Assembly: GCA_964409615.1 (NCBI GenBank)
Contig: CAYPDT010000001.1
Span: 307,880 to 371,879, forward strand
Direction of reading: 5' to 3'
DNA length: 64,000 bases
From: an uncultured Candidatus Saccharibacteria bacterium
GTDB taxonomy: Bacteria > Patescibacteriota > Saccharimonadia > Saccharimonadales > AWTP1-31
The notes beneath the pieces were generated by a model, which did no database searches, was not told where the DNA came from, and saw only the letters and a list, made by a program, of their open reading frames with translations. Below, piece after piece: positions 1 through 9,398 of the stretch. The translations under genes and the position numbers were made by a program. The first letter of the stretch is position 1. Every line of letters starts with the position of its first letter.

Positions 1-35
1 AGTTGTTGTATTTTGGTATATTCTTCACCCCCGTT

Positions 36-54
36 TCCAAGGTCGGACCTTGGA
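36..54. repeat. 19-bp perfect palindrome TCCAAGGTC-G-GACCTTGGA, copy 1 of 5, abutting the ruvC stop codon
   Basis: Read directly in the sequence. The same 19-mer (centre base G or C) recurs at 5642, 43549, 55925 and 55969. Confidence 0.9.
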
Positions 55-528
55 CTAACGGAGGGTCATGGAGCAGGTAATGGCAGCAGCTAGAGCATCT
101 GCTGCATCGTCGGGCTGGGGAACTTCTTTGAGCTTTAGGATTACTCGAACCATTTCTTGAATCTGTTTCTTATCAGCCTTGCCGTAACCAGTTAGCGCTT
201 GTTTTATCTGCATAGGTGTAAACTCATGTAATTCTAGCCCGTGTTTTTGGCCAAGCAACAACACTACACCTCGAGCCTGCGCAACGGTCATGGCCGTAGT
301 CACATTTCGAGCAAAGAATAACTTTTCTACCGACATTACCGCTGGCTTATACTCTTGGATTATTTGCAATAGCTCTTCGTAAATTGTTAGGAGTCGTACA
401 GCATCAAGCTCTTTAACTGGGGTACGAATAACGCCCGCGTCGACTAGCTTTACGGCTCCGCCTGGTTCGATGTCGATGACACCGAAGCCGAGAATGCCCG
501 TGCCAGGATCAATCCCGAGTATTCTCAT
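55..528 (-). CDS. ruvC: Crossover junction endodeoxyribonuclease RuvC
   Basis: The N-terminus MRILGIDPGTGILGFGVID is typical of RuvC, as are the ~157 aa length and the C-terminal DAADALAAA motif. Confidence 0.9.
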   Translation of the reverse strand: MRILGIDPGTGILGFGVIDIEPGGAVKLVDAGVIRTPVKELDAVRLLTIYEELLQIIQEYKPAVMSVEKLFFARNVTTAMTVAQARGVVLLLGQKHGLELHEFTPMQIKQALTGYGKADKKQIQEMVRVILKLKEVPQPDDAADALAAAITCSMTLR

Positions 529-1360
529 AGTCTATCAGTGAGATTATTTCGCTGTGTACTGCCCCGTTGGTCATGATAAGACCTTCACCCCATGTACTGA
601 AATCTCGTGGTTGCCCAGCCATGTCGGTCACCTGGCCACCAGCTTCTTGGACTATCAGAGAAGCTGCAGCGGCATCCCAGGGTGAGCCGTAGACCATGCA
701 AGAGGCTACAAGACGCCCCTCGGCCACAAGCATGGCGGCATAACTAAAGCTGGCAAACATATACACTTTCGCACCAACTTCCTGCAAAGCATCGAACATG
801 CGATTCATACCGGTGTGGTTTGGCTTGGCAAGGGAACGGAAGGTCATAACATATTGCCCCTTGAATGTTTTGGTATTGGATACGTGGATGGCCACACCAT
901 TTAAAAACGCACCCTTGCCTTTTTGGGCAGTGAATAATCTATCTTGGAAAGGGTCAAATACAACACTTAATTGAACTGCACCTTTATGTACTAAAGCCAG
1001 ACAAAATGTCGAGATTGGGATTCCGAGACTAAATGGTGAAGTGCCATCAACCGGATCAACTACCCATACCCAGTCACGGTCTGATTCGTAAGATCCTTCT
1101 TCGCCAATAACTCCATGTGTAGGATAGTGAGTTTTGACCTTTTCAATTACAAGGTTATTGATGCTGTGATCGGCAACAGTTACGGGCGAATCGTCTTCTT
1201 TTAGTTGGATGCCGATATCACTGGCCTGGAAATAGCGCTTCATTATCACTCCGGCCTCTTGAGCAAGTGACTGAGCAAAATCAAAGGCTTTGGTAAGTTC
1301 GACTTCAGTCAAGCTGGATGTCCTCGGCGATATCAAAATTAACATGAGTGTTAGTGACAT
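509..1360 (-). CDS. Inositol monophosphatase family protein (SuhB-like)
   Basis: Carries the WVVDPVDGT and EEG metal-binding motifs and the C-terminal WDAAAASLIVQEAGG motif. The start is uncertain: the ORF overlaps the yebC 3' end, and a TTG at about 1312 is possible. Confidence 0.8.
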   Translation of the reverse strand: MSLTLMLILISPRTSSLTEVELTKAFDFAQSLAQEAGVIMKRYFQASDIGIQLKEDDSPVTVADHSINNLVIEKVKTHYPTHGVIGEEGSYESDRDWVWVVDPVDGTSPFSLGIPISTFCLALVHKGAVQLSVVFDPFQDRLFTAQKGKGAFLNGVAIHVSNTKTFKGQYVMTFRSLAKPNHTGMNRMFDALQEVGAKVYMFASFSYAAMLVAEGRLVASCMVYGSPWDAAAASLIVQEAGGQVTDMAGQPRDFSTWGEGLIMTNGAVHSEIISLIDYENTRD

Positions 1361-2036
1361 CGTCTAAATCATCAAGGGCATTCATAACCTTCATTAACTT
1401 GCGTGCTACATCAGCGTCGCTAACTTCGACTGTGTTGTTTGGCACGTAGGTAAGTTCGGCTTCAAGAATTTCTGAGCCAGCGTCTTTGAGGGTATCACGG
1501 ACCTTGGCCAGGTCTTTGTTGACGGTGTAAATAACCGTTTCGCCATCTTCTTCTTGGACATCTTCGGCGCCGGCATCAAGCGCTTGCAGCATTAGCTCGT
1601 CGCCCAAACCTTTGACTCGAATCATACCTTTATGATCAAACTGAAATGCAACGGCACCTTTTTCGGCAATATTACCGCCATTTTTTGAGAAGGCGAGCTT
1701 TACTTCGGGATACGTACGATTTAGGTTGTCGGTTGCGCATTCTACTAAAATAGCAACGCCTCCTGGGCCGTAACCTTCGTACATGACTTCTTGAATTTGT
1801 TCACCGCCCAACTTGCCACTACCACGGTCTATGCTTCGCTGAATGTTCGCCGAGGGCATGTTAGCCGCTTTTGCTTTATCGATTGCTAGCCGAAGGGTGA
1901 AGTTCATTTCTGGGTCGGCACCACTCCGTGCAGCAATGGCAATAGCGTTGCCAAGCTTAGTAAATACCGCACCACGTGCGGCGTCTTTGGCACCTTTTTG
2001 TCGTTTGATTGTTGACCATTTACTGTGTCCGCTCAT
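1305..2036 (-). CDS. yebC: YebC/PmpR family DNA-binding transcriptional regulator
   Basis: The N-terminus MSGHSKWSTIKRQKGAKDAARG is diagnostic. The ORF ends with TGA. Confidence 0.9.
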   Translation of the reverse strand: MSGHSKWSTIKRQKGAKDAARGAVFTKLGNAIAIAARSGADPEMNFTLRLAIDKAKAANMPSANIQRSIDRGSGKLGGEQIQEVMYEGYGPGGVAILVECATDNLNRTYPEVKLAFSKNGGNIAEKGAVAFQFDHKGMIRVKGLGDELMLQALDAGAEDVQEEDGETVIYTVNKDLAKVRDTLKDAGSEILEAELTYVPNNTVEVSDADVARKLMKVMNALDDLDDVTNTHVNFDIAEDIQLD

Positions 2037-2111
2037 GTTGCTCCTTGCTCTCAGCTATTAGAAGTTGGTCGATGACTATTGCCCCTCTCTTAACCCACAA
2101 TCGAATCATGA

Positions 2112-3587
2112 TTAGATTGAAGATGTAACAGTCTGTATGGGTACGATTTTACCATTTTTAGAGGCTTTTCGCCACCACGCATAAAGGGTTACCATCACCG
2201 CGCCGTACGCGAGCCCGACATGCCACCACGATAGATAGACTTGAATTGAAGCGCCTGGCACTCGTGAAAGTAAGCCAATCATATCTACCATATACGTCAT
2301 CAATAGCACCCCAGGCCACGAGAACCAACCGGCCAGTGCAGGCAGTAATAATCCGGCGCAACCAGCTATTGTTGTTAGCGCCATAGATAGTGGCACCAAC
2401 GGTACAACGAGCATATTAGCTGGCAGCGAGATGAGAGACAAGCGGCCAAAGGTTAATAAAATGACCGGCAGTGTCATTATCTGTGCCGCTGTTGTTTCGA
2501 TACACAACTGCAGAAAAATTTTGGGTTTTCTTTTCAAAAAACGAGCCTGAAATAGGGGAGTAATAACCAGCACGCCAAAAAATGCCAAAAACGACAGATA
2601 CCACCCTAGGTCACTCCACAGATATGGCGGGTACCACCCGGCCGTAATGCTTGCAGCTAACACGATAAGCAGGACAGGGCGAAAGCTGCGACCAAAATAG
2701 CCGGCCCAGATTGATAGCATACTCACTAAGGCTGCTCGAACGATTGAAGCACTCAGACCAGTGATTAACAAGAAGCCTGAAACGAGAGTAATAGTGATGA
2801 CAGTCGACTGAAATTTTGAACGATTTTTTAATAATCGTCGTACGGCATTAGTAATAATGGTTAGATTATATCCACTAACAGCCACAATGTGGGTTAGGCC
2901 GGTAATCGATAGATCATCGACAAGATTTTTAGGCAGGGTAGTTCGTTGACCTATAACAATACCCAAAGCGAGTGAGCCATGGGGTTCTGGCAAGCTAGAC
3001 AACATACCTGCGACCGCTTGCTGGCGCATTCGATTAAAGTGACTTGTGTCTGTATGTACTCTTTTCAGTTGGCTAAAACTCATACGTGCTTGCCGTGAAC
3101 CCCGAGCTGGATACAGCCTAGCGCGAACTTCAACTTCATCATCACGGTGTATCATCGGCTCACCGTAGCCTCTAATACCGATGACGCCTGGCAACTGAAG
3201 TTCCTGGGGCTCGATGAGCATCACATTGCCTACATCAAACTCAATCTGCCCCTTGTCTGCATATATTGCATCTGTTTTAGCAACGCCACGAATTGTCACG
3301 ACTTTTTGCGCATACGTCTGGTAGGGAAGCAGTAATTGTAAAAATATAGTTCCTCGCACTAAGCCAAACACCAGGCCTATTACGCTTACACTTAACACGC
3401 TAAGTATAGAACGTCGGAAGAGTAGGGGAATGCATAAAGCTATGCCCAGTATGTACCAATATCCAGTTATCGAAAACCGACGCGCTGCGGCAAGACCGAC
3501 CAAAAATGAGGTTAAGCCAACCAGCAATATAGTGGTCGTGCGGATTCGCCCCCTCTTGGCATGAATTCTAGCAATAGTTCTGCTCAT
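2112..3587 (-). CDS. comEC: ComEC/Rec2 family competence protein (membrane core only)
   Basis: A polytopic membrane protein with the GLTHIVAVSGYNLTI motif typical of the ComEC competence domain. At 491 aa it appears to be the membrane core only, and I did not recognise a C-terminal metallo-beta-lactamase domain. Confidence 0.8.
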   Translation of the reverse strand: MSRTIARIHAKRGRIRTTTILLVGLTSFLVGLAAARRFSITGYWYILGIALCIPLLFRRSILSVLSVSVIGLVFGLVRGTIFLQLLLPYQTYAQKVVTIRGVAKTDAIYADKGQIEFDVGNVMLIEPQELQLPGVIGIRGYGEPMIHRDDEVEVRARLYPARGSRQARMSFSQLKRVHTDTSHFNRMRQQAVAGMLSSLPEPHGSLALGIVIGQRTTLPKNLVDDLSITGLTHIVAVSGYNLTIITNAVRRLLKNRSKFQSTVITITLVSGFLLITGLSASIVRAALVSMLSIWAGYFGRSFRPVLLIVLAASITAGWYPPYLWSDLGWYLSFLAFFGVLVITPLFQARFLKRKPKIFLQLCIETTAAQIMTLPVILLTFGRLSLISLPANMLVVPLVPLSMALTTIAGCAGLLLPALAGWFSWPGVLLMTYMVDMIGLLSRVPGASIQVYLSWWHVGLAYGAVMVTLYAWWRKASKNGKIVPIQTVTSSI

Positions 3588-3716
3588 AATTCTAGCCTAC
3601 AGGTCGACTACCAGTGATACAAAAGCACCATACCCTACCATACAGACTAGTTTTACAATTGACTTTTTAGCCAAAATAGGGATAATGTAAGGAGTTAATT
3701 TAGCTATCGCATTCGC

Positions 3717-3793
3717 GGGTCCATAGCTCAGCCGGTTAGAGCACCTGCCTTTTAAGCAGGGTGTCGTGGGTTCGAGTCCCACTGGACCCTCCA
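3717..3793 (+). tRNA. tRNA-Lys (anticodon TTT), CCA encoded
   Basis: Cloverleaf parsed by hand. The acceptor GGGTCCA pairs with TGGACCC, the D arm is GCTC/GAGC, the anticodon stem is CCTGC/GCAGG with loop CTTTTAA, and the T arm is GTGGG-TTCGAGT-CCCAC. Confidence 0.9.
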
Positions 3794-3796
3794 AGT

Positions 3797-3830
3797 AAAA
3801 ATACCTACCTCGCCGTAGGTATTTTTATTT
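3797..3830 (+). terminator. Rho-independent terminator after tRNA-Lys
   Basis: Hairpin AAAATACCTAC-CTCGCC-GTAGGTATTTT followed by a T-rich run. Confidence 0.7.
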
Positions 3831-3890
3831 CCATCAAAAACATTCCAATGTGCATTTAGTAAGACCGCATAATGGTAAGATTAAAACTAG

Positions 3891-4463
3891 ATGAACGACG
3901 ACTATGATGTAATTCCCTTCTCTGCACCGGGCGACTGGCGAGCTTGGTTGGTCGCCCACCACGCTAACACTCAGGGAATATGGGTGCGTTTGTACAAAAA
4001 AGGTACATCCACGCCTTCAATCACCTATGCCGAAGCCCTCGATGAAGCATTGTGTTTTGGCTGGATTGACGGCCTTAAGCGTAGCTATGATAGCGAATCG
4101 TATGTTTTACGCTTCACCCCACGGCGAACAAAAAGTTTGTGGTCGAAGCAAAATATCGAGCATATCGAACGACTTACCAGTGCGAGTAAGATGGCTCCCT
4201 CTGGAATGGCCGAAGTTGAACGTACTAAACAAGACGGGCGTTGGCAAGCAGCCTATGACAAGCCAAGTGAGATGCAAGTACCGGATGAATTTTTAATAGA
4301 ACTCAAGAAACATCCTCGTGCTGCTGCATTCTTCAAAACCCTCAGTAAATCAAACACATATGCTATTGCTTGGCGATTGCAAACCTCCAAAACAGAAGAG
4401 ACTCGTCTACGCCGACAAGCCAAAATTATTGACCAACTGAACAATGAGCAAAAGCTCGTATAA
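3891..4463 (+). CDS. YdeI/OmpD-associated family protein
   Basis: The motifs FGWIDGLKRSYD and RFTPRRTKSLWSKQN and the C-terminal AWRLQTSKTEETRLRR resemble the YdeI family. Confidence 0.65.
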   Translation: MNDDYDVIPFSAPGDWRAWLVAHHANTQGIWVRLYKKGTSTPSITYAEALDEALCFGWIDGLKRSYDSESYVLRFTPRRTKSLWSKQNIEHIERLTSASKMAPSGMAEVERTKQDGRWQAAYDKPSEMQVPDEFLIELKKHPRAAAFFKTLSKSNTYAIAWRLQTSKTEETRLRRQAKIIDQLNNEQKLV

Positions 4464-4506
4464 GCACTGGCTTTAAAAGCTGGGCGGAATGCCGTACTAT
4501 GGCTAT

Positions 4507-4644
4507 ATGTTCCCTCCTCCTTTTCCAAACGATTCACTCAACGGCGGTGGCTATAGAAAAATGCTTGGCTGGGGCCTGGCAATCTTCTTTATTGCTTTGG
4601 CAATAATGGTATATATCGGCTATAAAGCGTACTCCAAGAACATG
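4507..4644 (+). CDS. Possible 45-aa small membrane protein
   Basis: Hand-translated ORF MFPPPFPNDSLNGGGYRKMLGWGLAIFFIALAIMVYIGYKAYSKNM with one clear TM helix. It is below the ORF-track size cutoff and has no homology evidence. Confidence 0.25.
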
Positions 4645-4673
4645 TGATACGCGTATTCGTAGTGTCGAGATAT

Positions 4674-5090
4674 CTAGTAAGCATTACTGCCGAAGAGTTT
4701 TCGTAGTTTTTGAAAAAAGCTAGCGCTAGCTGGTTGCAACCCATACACCCATCCTTTTTCTTTTTCGTCAAAATGCCAGTCTGGATTCCCCAATAGTAGT
4801 TGTTTAACCTCTGCATCAACAGGCATAAAATATGCGTCGATTGCTTCTTGTGATTTGGGAAAAATTAAATCTGCTTCAGAAAATTGAGTGGTTTGGTCTG
4901 AAGAGATCTGGCCCTGCGAATTTGGGTCATAGTACCATTGATTTTCTTCGATATTTTTAAACCAGCCCGGGCGTCCCTGTACTAAGACATCGAAGGCAGC
5001 GACCATCTGGTCGTCTTTATCGTAAGTACTAGCTAATATAGTTGGTCGAAGCAATTGTCGTGCTGGTTGTGGTTGATTCTGATTGTCCAT
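4674..5090 (-). CDS. Hypothetical protein
   Basis: A 138-aa ORF with no recognised motif. Confidence 0.5.
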   Translation of the reverse strand: MDNQNQPQPARQLLRPTILASTYDKDDQMVAAFDVLVQGRPGWFKNIEENQWYYDPNSQGQISSDQTTQFSEADLIFPKSQEAIDAYFMPVDAEVKQLLLGNPDWHFDEKEKGWVYGLQPASASFFQKLRKLFGSNAY

Positions 5091-5099
5091 ATTCTCCCA

Positions 5100-5609
5100 C
5101 TACTTGTGTTTACCCTTCTTACCATGTCGTGCAGAAGCGCCACTGGCCCACAGTTGACCAAGGCTGATCAGTGAGGCAGCCCCAACTAAAATGGATTGGT
5201 ACTGTACAAGCTCTGTCCATACGCTGCTAGCCATAATCGAACCGCTCACACCATCAGGAAGAACAGGGACCACCAAGTATAGCGTTACTATCCCGGTCAG
5301 TAAGGCCGGTAATAAGTTCATAATCATCTTGGACCCAGCTACCATTCTGCTCAAAAATAGCATTGTCAGCAGTGCAGGCAGTATGAGCAACCCGAGCTTC
5401 ACACCTGCCAAAGTAGTTTGACTGTAGCTACGCGTAAATAACTGGACCATATCGAGGGCGGTATCACCAACAAATGTCGTTAACACACTGCCGACACATA
5501 AAGCCATGAAAACTAATGCCGCTTTGGTACGAGTCAAGACAATCAGGATAGTGGGAGCAGCCACAATGAGGGCCATAAGAATAAGCGGATTCACTACCCC
5601 AGTATACAC
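5100..5609 (-). CDS. Hypothetical polytopic membrane protein
   Basis: Several hydrophobic helices and a basic C-terminal tail (HGKKGKHK). Confidence 0.55.
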   Translation of the reverse strand: MYTGVVNPLILMALIVAAPTILIVLTRTKAALVFMALCVGSVLTTFVGDTALDMVQLFTRSYSQTTLAGVKLGLLILPALLTMLFLSRMVAGSKMIMNLLPALLTGIVTLYLVVPVLPDGVSGSIMASSVWTELVQYQSILVGAASLISLGQLWASGASARHGKKGKHK

Positions 5610-5641
5610 TTTTACACCTTACAAAGAAAAACTAAGTTATT

Positions 5642-5660
5642 TCCAAGGTCGGACCTTGGA
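5642..5660. repeat. 19-bp palindrome copy 2 (divergent intergenic region)
   Basis: TCCAAGGTCGGACCTTGGA read directly, lying between the divergent starts at 5609 and 5706. Confidence 0.9.
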
Positions 5661-5705
5661 AAATAGGGGGAGATGGAGTAGTATGGTAAGCCCCAGGGGA
5701 CAAGC

Positions 5706-6470
5706 ATGAGTAAGCTTCTATCACCACCCGAAAATGGTTACGCCATAGTTGGCGATATTCACGGGCGTGCCGATTTATTGCTCCGTGCAACTGAGCTCAT
5801 CGACCCAGCTACAACGCGATTTGTCGTCCAAGACATGCTCGATAAAGGGCCGGAGGTGCGTAAAAGCTTGCAGATAGCTCAAGATATTGGTGCCATTGCG
5901 CTTGCTGATAATCATGGTTGGGTTTGTGCAAATGCATTGTCGTATCCCGAACATGGTGAACGACTTTGGCTTGATGGTTGGTACAGACATTATGAAGATT
6001 CCACCTTGGAGAGCTTCAGCATACCACGCAGTGGTCATGCAGTACGTGATGCACAACGCTTACGCGAACAACTGGAGAACGACGGATTATGGAGTCTGAT
6101 TTTCGAGACAACTCCCTACCTTGAGCCTACTGGAGATGATTTCATCGCAGTACATGGTGGGCTACTTCCGGGAGTACCCTGGGATACACAAAAAGTACGA
6201 CTTGATGTCACCGCCTACTCTGGCCAACGCTGGCAATATGCCCCCGAACAGATATTTGACGATGGTCACCTACTCTCAATGAGTGCCAGCATTTCTCCAG
6301 GTGTAACCAGCAAACGAGTTATCACCGGACATAGTCACTGTTGGCTGGGTGTTGCTGAACGAATGACCGATACCGGTCGACGCATTCGTTTAGCAAGTCG
6401 ACTTTGGCATGGTGATCCATTATTTATATACCTGACCAAGAGTCAAGAAATTATAACTATTGAGCAGTAG
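5706..6470 (+). CDS. Metallophosphoesterase (PPP/ApaH-like phosphatase family)
   Basis: Has the GDIHG motif, a variant second motif (QDMLDKG), DNHG in place of GNHE, and a C-terminal GHSH. Confidence 0.6.
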   Translation: MSKLLSPPENGYAIVGDIHGRADLLLRATELIDPATTRFVVQDMLDKGPEVRKSLQIAQDIGAIALADNHGWVCANALSYPEHGERLWLDGWYRHYEDSTLESFSIPRSGHAVRDAQRLREQLENDGLWSLIFETTPYLEPTGDDFIAVHGGLLPGVPWDTQKVRLDVTAYSGQRWQYAPEQIFDDGHLLSMSASISPGVTSKRVITGHSHCWLGVAERMTDTGRRIRLASRLWHGDPLFIYLTKSQEIITIEQ

Positions 6471-6482
6471 TATTGAATCTGC

Positions 6483-7385
6483 TTAGGCGCCGACGCGATC
6501 TTTACGCTGCTTGGCACGTGCGTTTTGCTCGATGTATTCAATGATTTTTTCAGCGACGTTACGCCCTGTAACTTTTTCGATACCAAAACCTGGGCTTGGG
6601 TTGACCTCTAGAACGAGAGGACCTCTTTCGGAGCGCATCATATCGACACCGCAAATAGATAAGCCCATGGCTTTAGCAGCCTTGATAGCAGTCTTACGTT
6701 CTTCGTCGGTCAGTTTCACGGTTGAGCCTTCTCCACCCTGATGTAGATTAGAACGGAAATCATCGTCGAGACTTTGACGTTTCATGCTGGCTACTACCCT
6801 GCCTCCAACCACAAATGCTCGTATATCTTCACCCGCAGACTCGGCAACAAACTCTTGTACCAAAAAGTTAACACCCTCTACATAAAAGGCCTGCATTACC
6901 GCTTGCGCAGCTTTTCTGGTTTCGGCCAGTACCACGCCATTACCGTGAGTGCCACGGGCAACTTTGATAATCAATGGCGCACCACCGGCTTGTTCGATAA
7001 CGTCTTCTAGGTCGCTTGTCTCGCGGGCAAACACAGTTTTTGGGATGCCAACATCAGCTCGGGCCAGAATTTGCATAGAGCGCAGCTTGTCGCGCGAACG
7101 ATTGATGGCAATCGAGCTGGCCGTAGTATAAACACCTTGCATTTCAAACTGGCGCACCATTGCTGTACCGTATTTGGTAATACTCTGACCAATGCGCGGA
7201 ATGATGGCGTCGATATCTGCTAGTGAGCCACCTTCGTAGCGCACCACTGGGCGACCTTTTTCAACCGTCACATAACATTCAGCATGATTAATTACACGGA
7301 TAGCATGACCACGCTTAGAAGCCTCTTCGATGAGTCGCTTTGTGGAATAGTTACCGGGGCCTTTAGATAGAATCGCGATATTCAT
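6483..7385 (-). CDS. rimK: RimK family alpha-L-glutamate ligase (ATP-grasp)
   Basis: The N-terminus MNIAILSKGPGNYSTKRLIEEASKRGH, an ATP-grasp core and a basic C-terminal tail match RimK, with an RBS AAGGTGG upstream. Confidence 0.85.
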   Translation of the reverse strand: MNIAILSKGPGNYSTKRLIEEASKRGHAIRVINHAECYVTVEKGRPVVRYEGGSLADIDAIIPRIGQSITKYGTAMVRQFEMQGVYTTASSIAINRSRDKLRSMQILARADVGIPKTVFARETSDLEDVIEQAGGAPLIIKVARGTHGNGVVLAETRKAAQAVMQAFYVEGVNFLVQEFVAESAGEDIRAFVVGGRVVASMKRQSLDDDFRSNLHQGGEGSTVKLTDEERKTAIKAAKAMGLSICGVDMMRSERGPLVLEVNPSPGFGIEKVTGRNVAEKIIEYIEQNARAKQRKDRVGA

Positions 7386-7394
7386 ACAGCCACC

Positions 7395-7811
7395 TTACGT
7401 TTTAAATCTCGAAGCGTCAACCACCATTTTATGGGTACGAAGGAATCGACGACCGATTAAGACTTGGTATTTCATGGCTTCACGGTTAGTAAGCGAAAGC
7501 AGCACGGGGTAGACTTCTCCATGTAATTCTACCTCGGTACTAATAATGTAGCGTTTTTCTCGGGTACCATTTGAGCTTTTTACAGTTTTTACATAAAAGT
7601 CAGTTGTTATCTGCTCGTGGTCGATATTTCCAAAAGGTACAAAGTAGACTGCTTTTCCCTCGGGAGTGTCGCGCTCTTCGATAGCTGTACAGTGTATGGC
7701 GCCGGTGTATGCACCGGTATCAATCTTAGCGACAATCTCTTTGACCCCAAAGCCAGGAAAACTGACAGTCTCGAAGGTGCTAATAACTTTTTTATCTTCC
7801 TGCGTTGACAT
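7395..7811 (-). CDS. RimB-like retropepsin-type protease ('putative ATP-dependent zinc protease' family)
   Basis: The KIDTGAYTGAIH motif and its position immediately upstream of rimK support the call. The start is placed at the MSTQEDKK ATG (7811), which is preceded by AGGAGG. Confidence 0.6.
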   Translation of the reverse strand: MSTQEDKKVISTFETVSFPGFGVKEIVAKIDTGAYTGAIHCTAIEERDTPEGKAVYFVPFGNIDHEQITTDFYVKTVKSSNGTREKRYIISTEVELHGEVYPVLLSLTNREAMKYQVLIGRRFLRTHKMVVDASRFKT

Positions 7812-9255
7812 ATTTGCCTCCTGTGGCTGCGTGCGCAATTGCTAAATGTGGTGGGTTTGTCGGATCGAATTTTCCGGCAAGTAAGAACTCAAACATCGTA
7901 TCATTACCGACGTGTTGATTCCAGAAATCAATAGCCCGAACTCGACCTACTTGATAGGCTAGGTCCTTGTTGTACGTAGCCACCGCCTCATCAACGGCCA
8001 TGCGTGCAATTGGCGTTCCACGATGCACTCGCAATGTAGAATCATAGGCCAAGCGTTGAGCTTTTTGCATTTCTTTTGGCGTAACTTCTGTGCCGTCTTC
8101 GGCCATCATCAAAGTACGAAGTTTCCAATTCTTGTCGTAGATACCACGATAGGTTAATCCTTTATAAGCCATGGCCGTGTTAAGTAAGTACGTAAAGTTA
8201 GCCATAGTCCAGCCTTCATTTTTGCCATTGGCTAATTCTTGGTACATGTTCGCAATGCCCTCTTCGAAGGGGAGCGACGTTGCCTGGACCTGTGGTCCGG
8301 CCGGTATGATGAGGCCGTTTCCAAAAATTGGGATTGAACTAGCCCGCCCATTGATAAAGCGTTCTTTATGCACGCCGCCTTCATGTACAGTTATTCCAAA
8401 GGCGTCTCCGTCTGATTCAAGCACAGCACGATCGCGGCCAATCTCTACACCTTCACGTTTTTGACTCCATGATAAAAAACTACCTGATTTCAAGAAAACA
8501 CCAACTTCATCAAGTTGGTCGCGTGTCTGTAAACCACGCATAAATACCTGCATTAACCGATATGGGTCGAAGGCAGTCTCACCCTCGTCTTCCATAATGG
8601 CTCGTGTTCGCGCCACCGCTTCATGTTCGGGCCAGAAAAAGGCCTCGATTCGCTCTTTTAGAAATGCTTCGGTATCGTCTGTGAGTCGGGGTAAGCCCTC
8701 GGATTCATTTCCAGAGGTAAGGCTCGTTAAGGTTTCTTGGACTTCATCAAAAATATCCTGGGTGTAGCCTTTGTAACCTTTTTGGCCGATTTTCCCACGA
8801 ATCTCAACAACGGTTGCGTCGATAAGTGCTTGGTCAGGTCGGCCATATAGCTCCTCGTTGCGTTCCTGAAAATTATAAATAGCATTCGTAAAGTCTGGCG
8901 TTTCTGGCCGGTTCAAATCACGGGCCATAAGCAAGAATTCGGCCTCCCGCCGACGATAGTCGATAGTACCTTGGTATGCTTCACGCTCTATATCACTAAA
9001 CCCATCAACATCACTAGCTACCTTACCCAATAGTGATAGTAGTTCTACTGTTTCTTCTAGCGGTGCCCATTCTAAAAGGGGATAGGCAATGTCGGGCTGA
9101 GTCGACCGAGATGCCATAAAATCGGCTTTTGCCTGATTGCGCAAACCTTGAGCATCATCAAAATACTCATAGGTTTGTAAGCCGACTTCAGGAATTCCAA
9201 GAATAAGCTGATTAAACTGGGGTGCATAGAGACTCATACTAGAAATATTATACAA
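7792..9255 (-). CDS. DUF1704 / MATCAP-like metallo-carboxypeptidase family protein (tentative)
   Basis: HEGGVH (an HExxxH spacing) is followed by NG. EEGIA lies where the family's QEGLA-type motif is expected. The gene is in an operon with the rimB-like gene and rimK. Confidence 0.45.
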   Translation of the reverse strand: MYNISSMSLYAPQFNQLILGIPEVGLQTYEYFDDAQGLRNQAKADFMASRSTQPDIAYPLLEWAPLEETVELLSLLGKVASDVDGFSDIEREAYQGTIDYRRREAEFLLMARDLNRPETPDFTNAIYNFQERNEELYGRPDQALIDATVVEIRGKIGQKGYKGYTQDIFDEVQETLTSLTSGNESEGLPRLTDDTEAFLKERIEAFFWPEHEAVARTRAIMEDEGETAFDPYRLMQVFMRGLQTRDQLDEVGVFLKSGSFLSWSQKREGVEIGRDRAVLESDGDAFGITVHEGGVHKERFINGRASSIPIFGNGLIIPAGPQVQATSLPFEEGIANMYQELANGKNEGWTMANFTYLLNTAMAYKGLTYRGIYDKNWKLRTLMMAEDGTEVTPKEMQKAQRLAYDSTLRVHRGTPIARMAVDEAVATYNKDLAYQVGRVRAIDFWNQHVGNDTMFEFLLAGKFDPTNPPHLAIAHAATGGKYVNAGR

Positions 9256-9398
9256 TTTTTTATATATTTTTCAATCTCATGTCTCATACGTACTTCCCTT
9301 GAACCGACGTCTCCAAAGCAGAATAAGCAAGCCTGAGAGGTAACCGTCTCGAGCCAACCAGTTCCTATCATTTTAAAAGCGAATGACTTCGGCGCCCC

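Noticed and set aside
3597-3794. A 65-aa minus-strand ORF
   Set aside because: It lies antisense across tRNA-Lys(TTT) and its upstream region. Its 'protein' (EGPVGLEPTTPCLKGRCSNRLSYGP) is the typical artefact of translating a tRNA gene.
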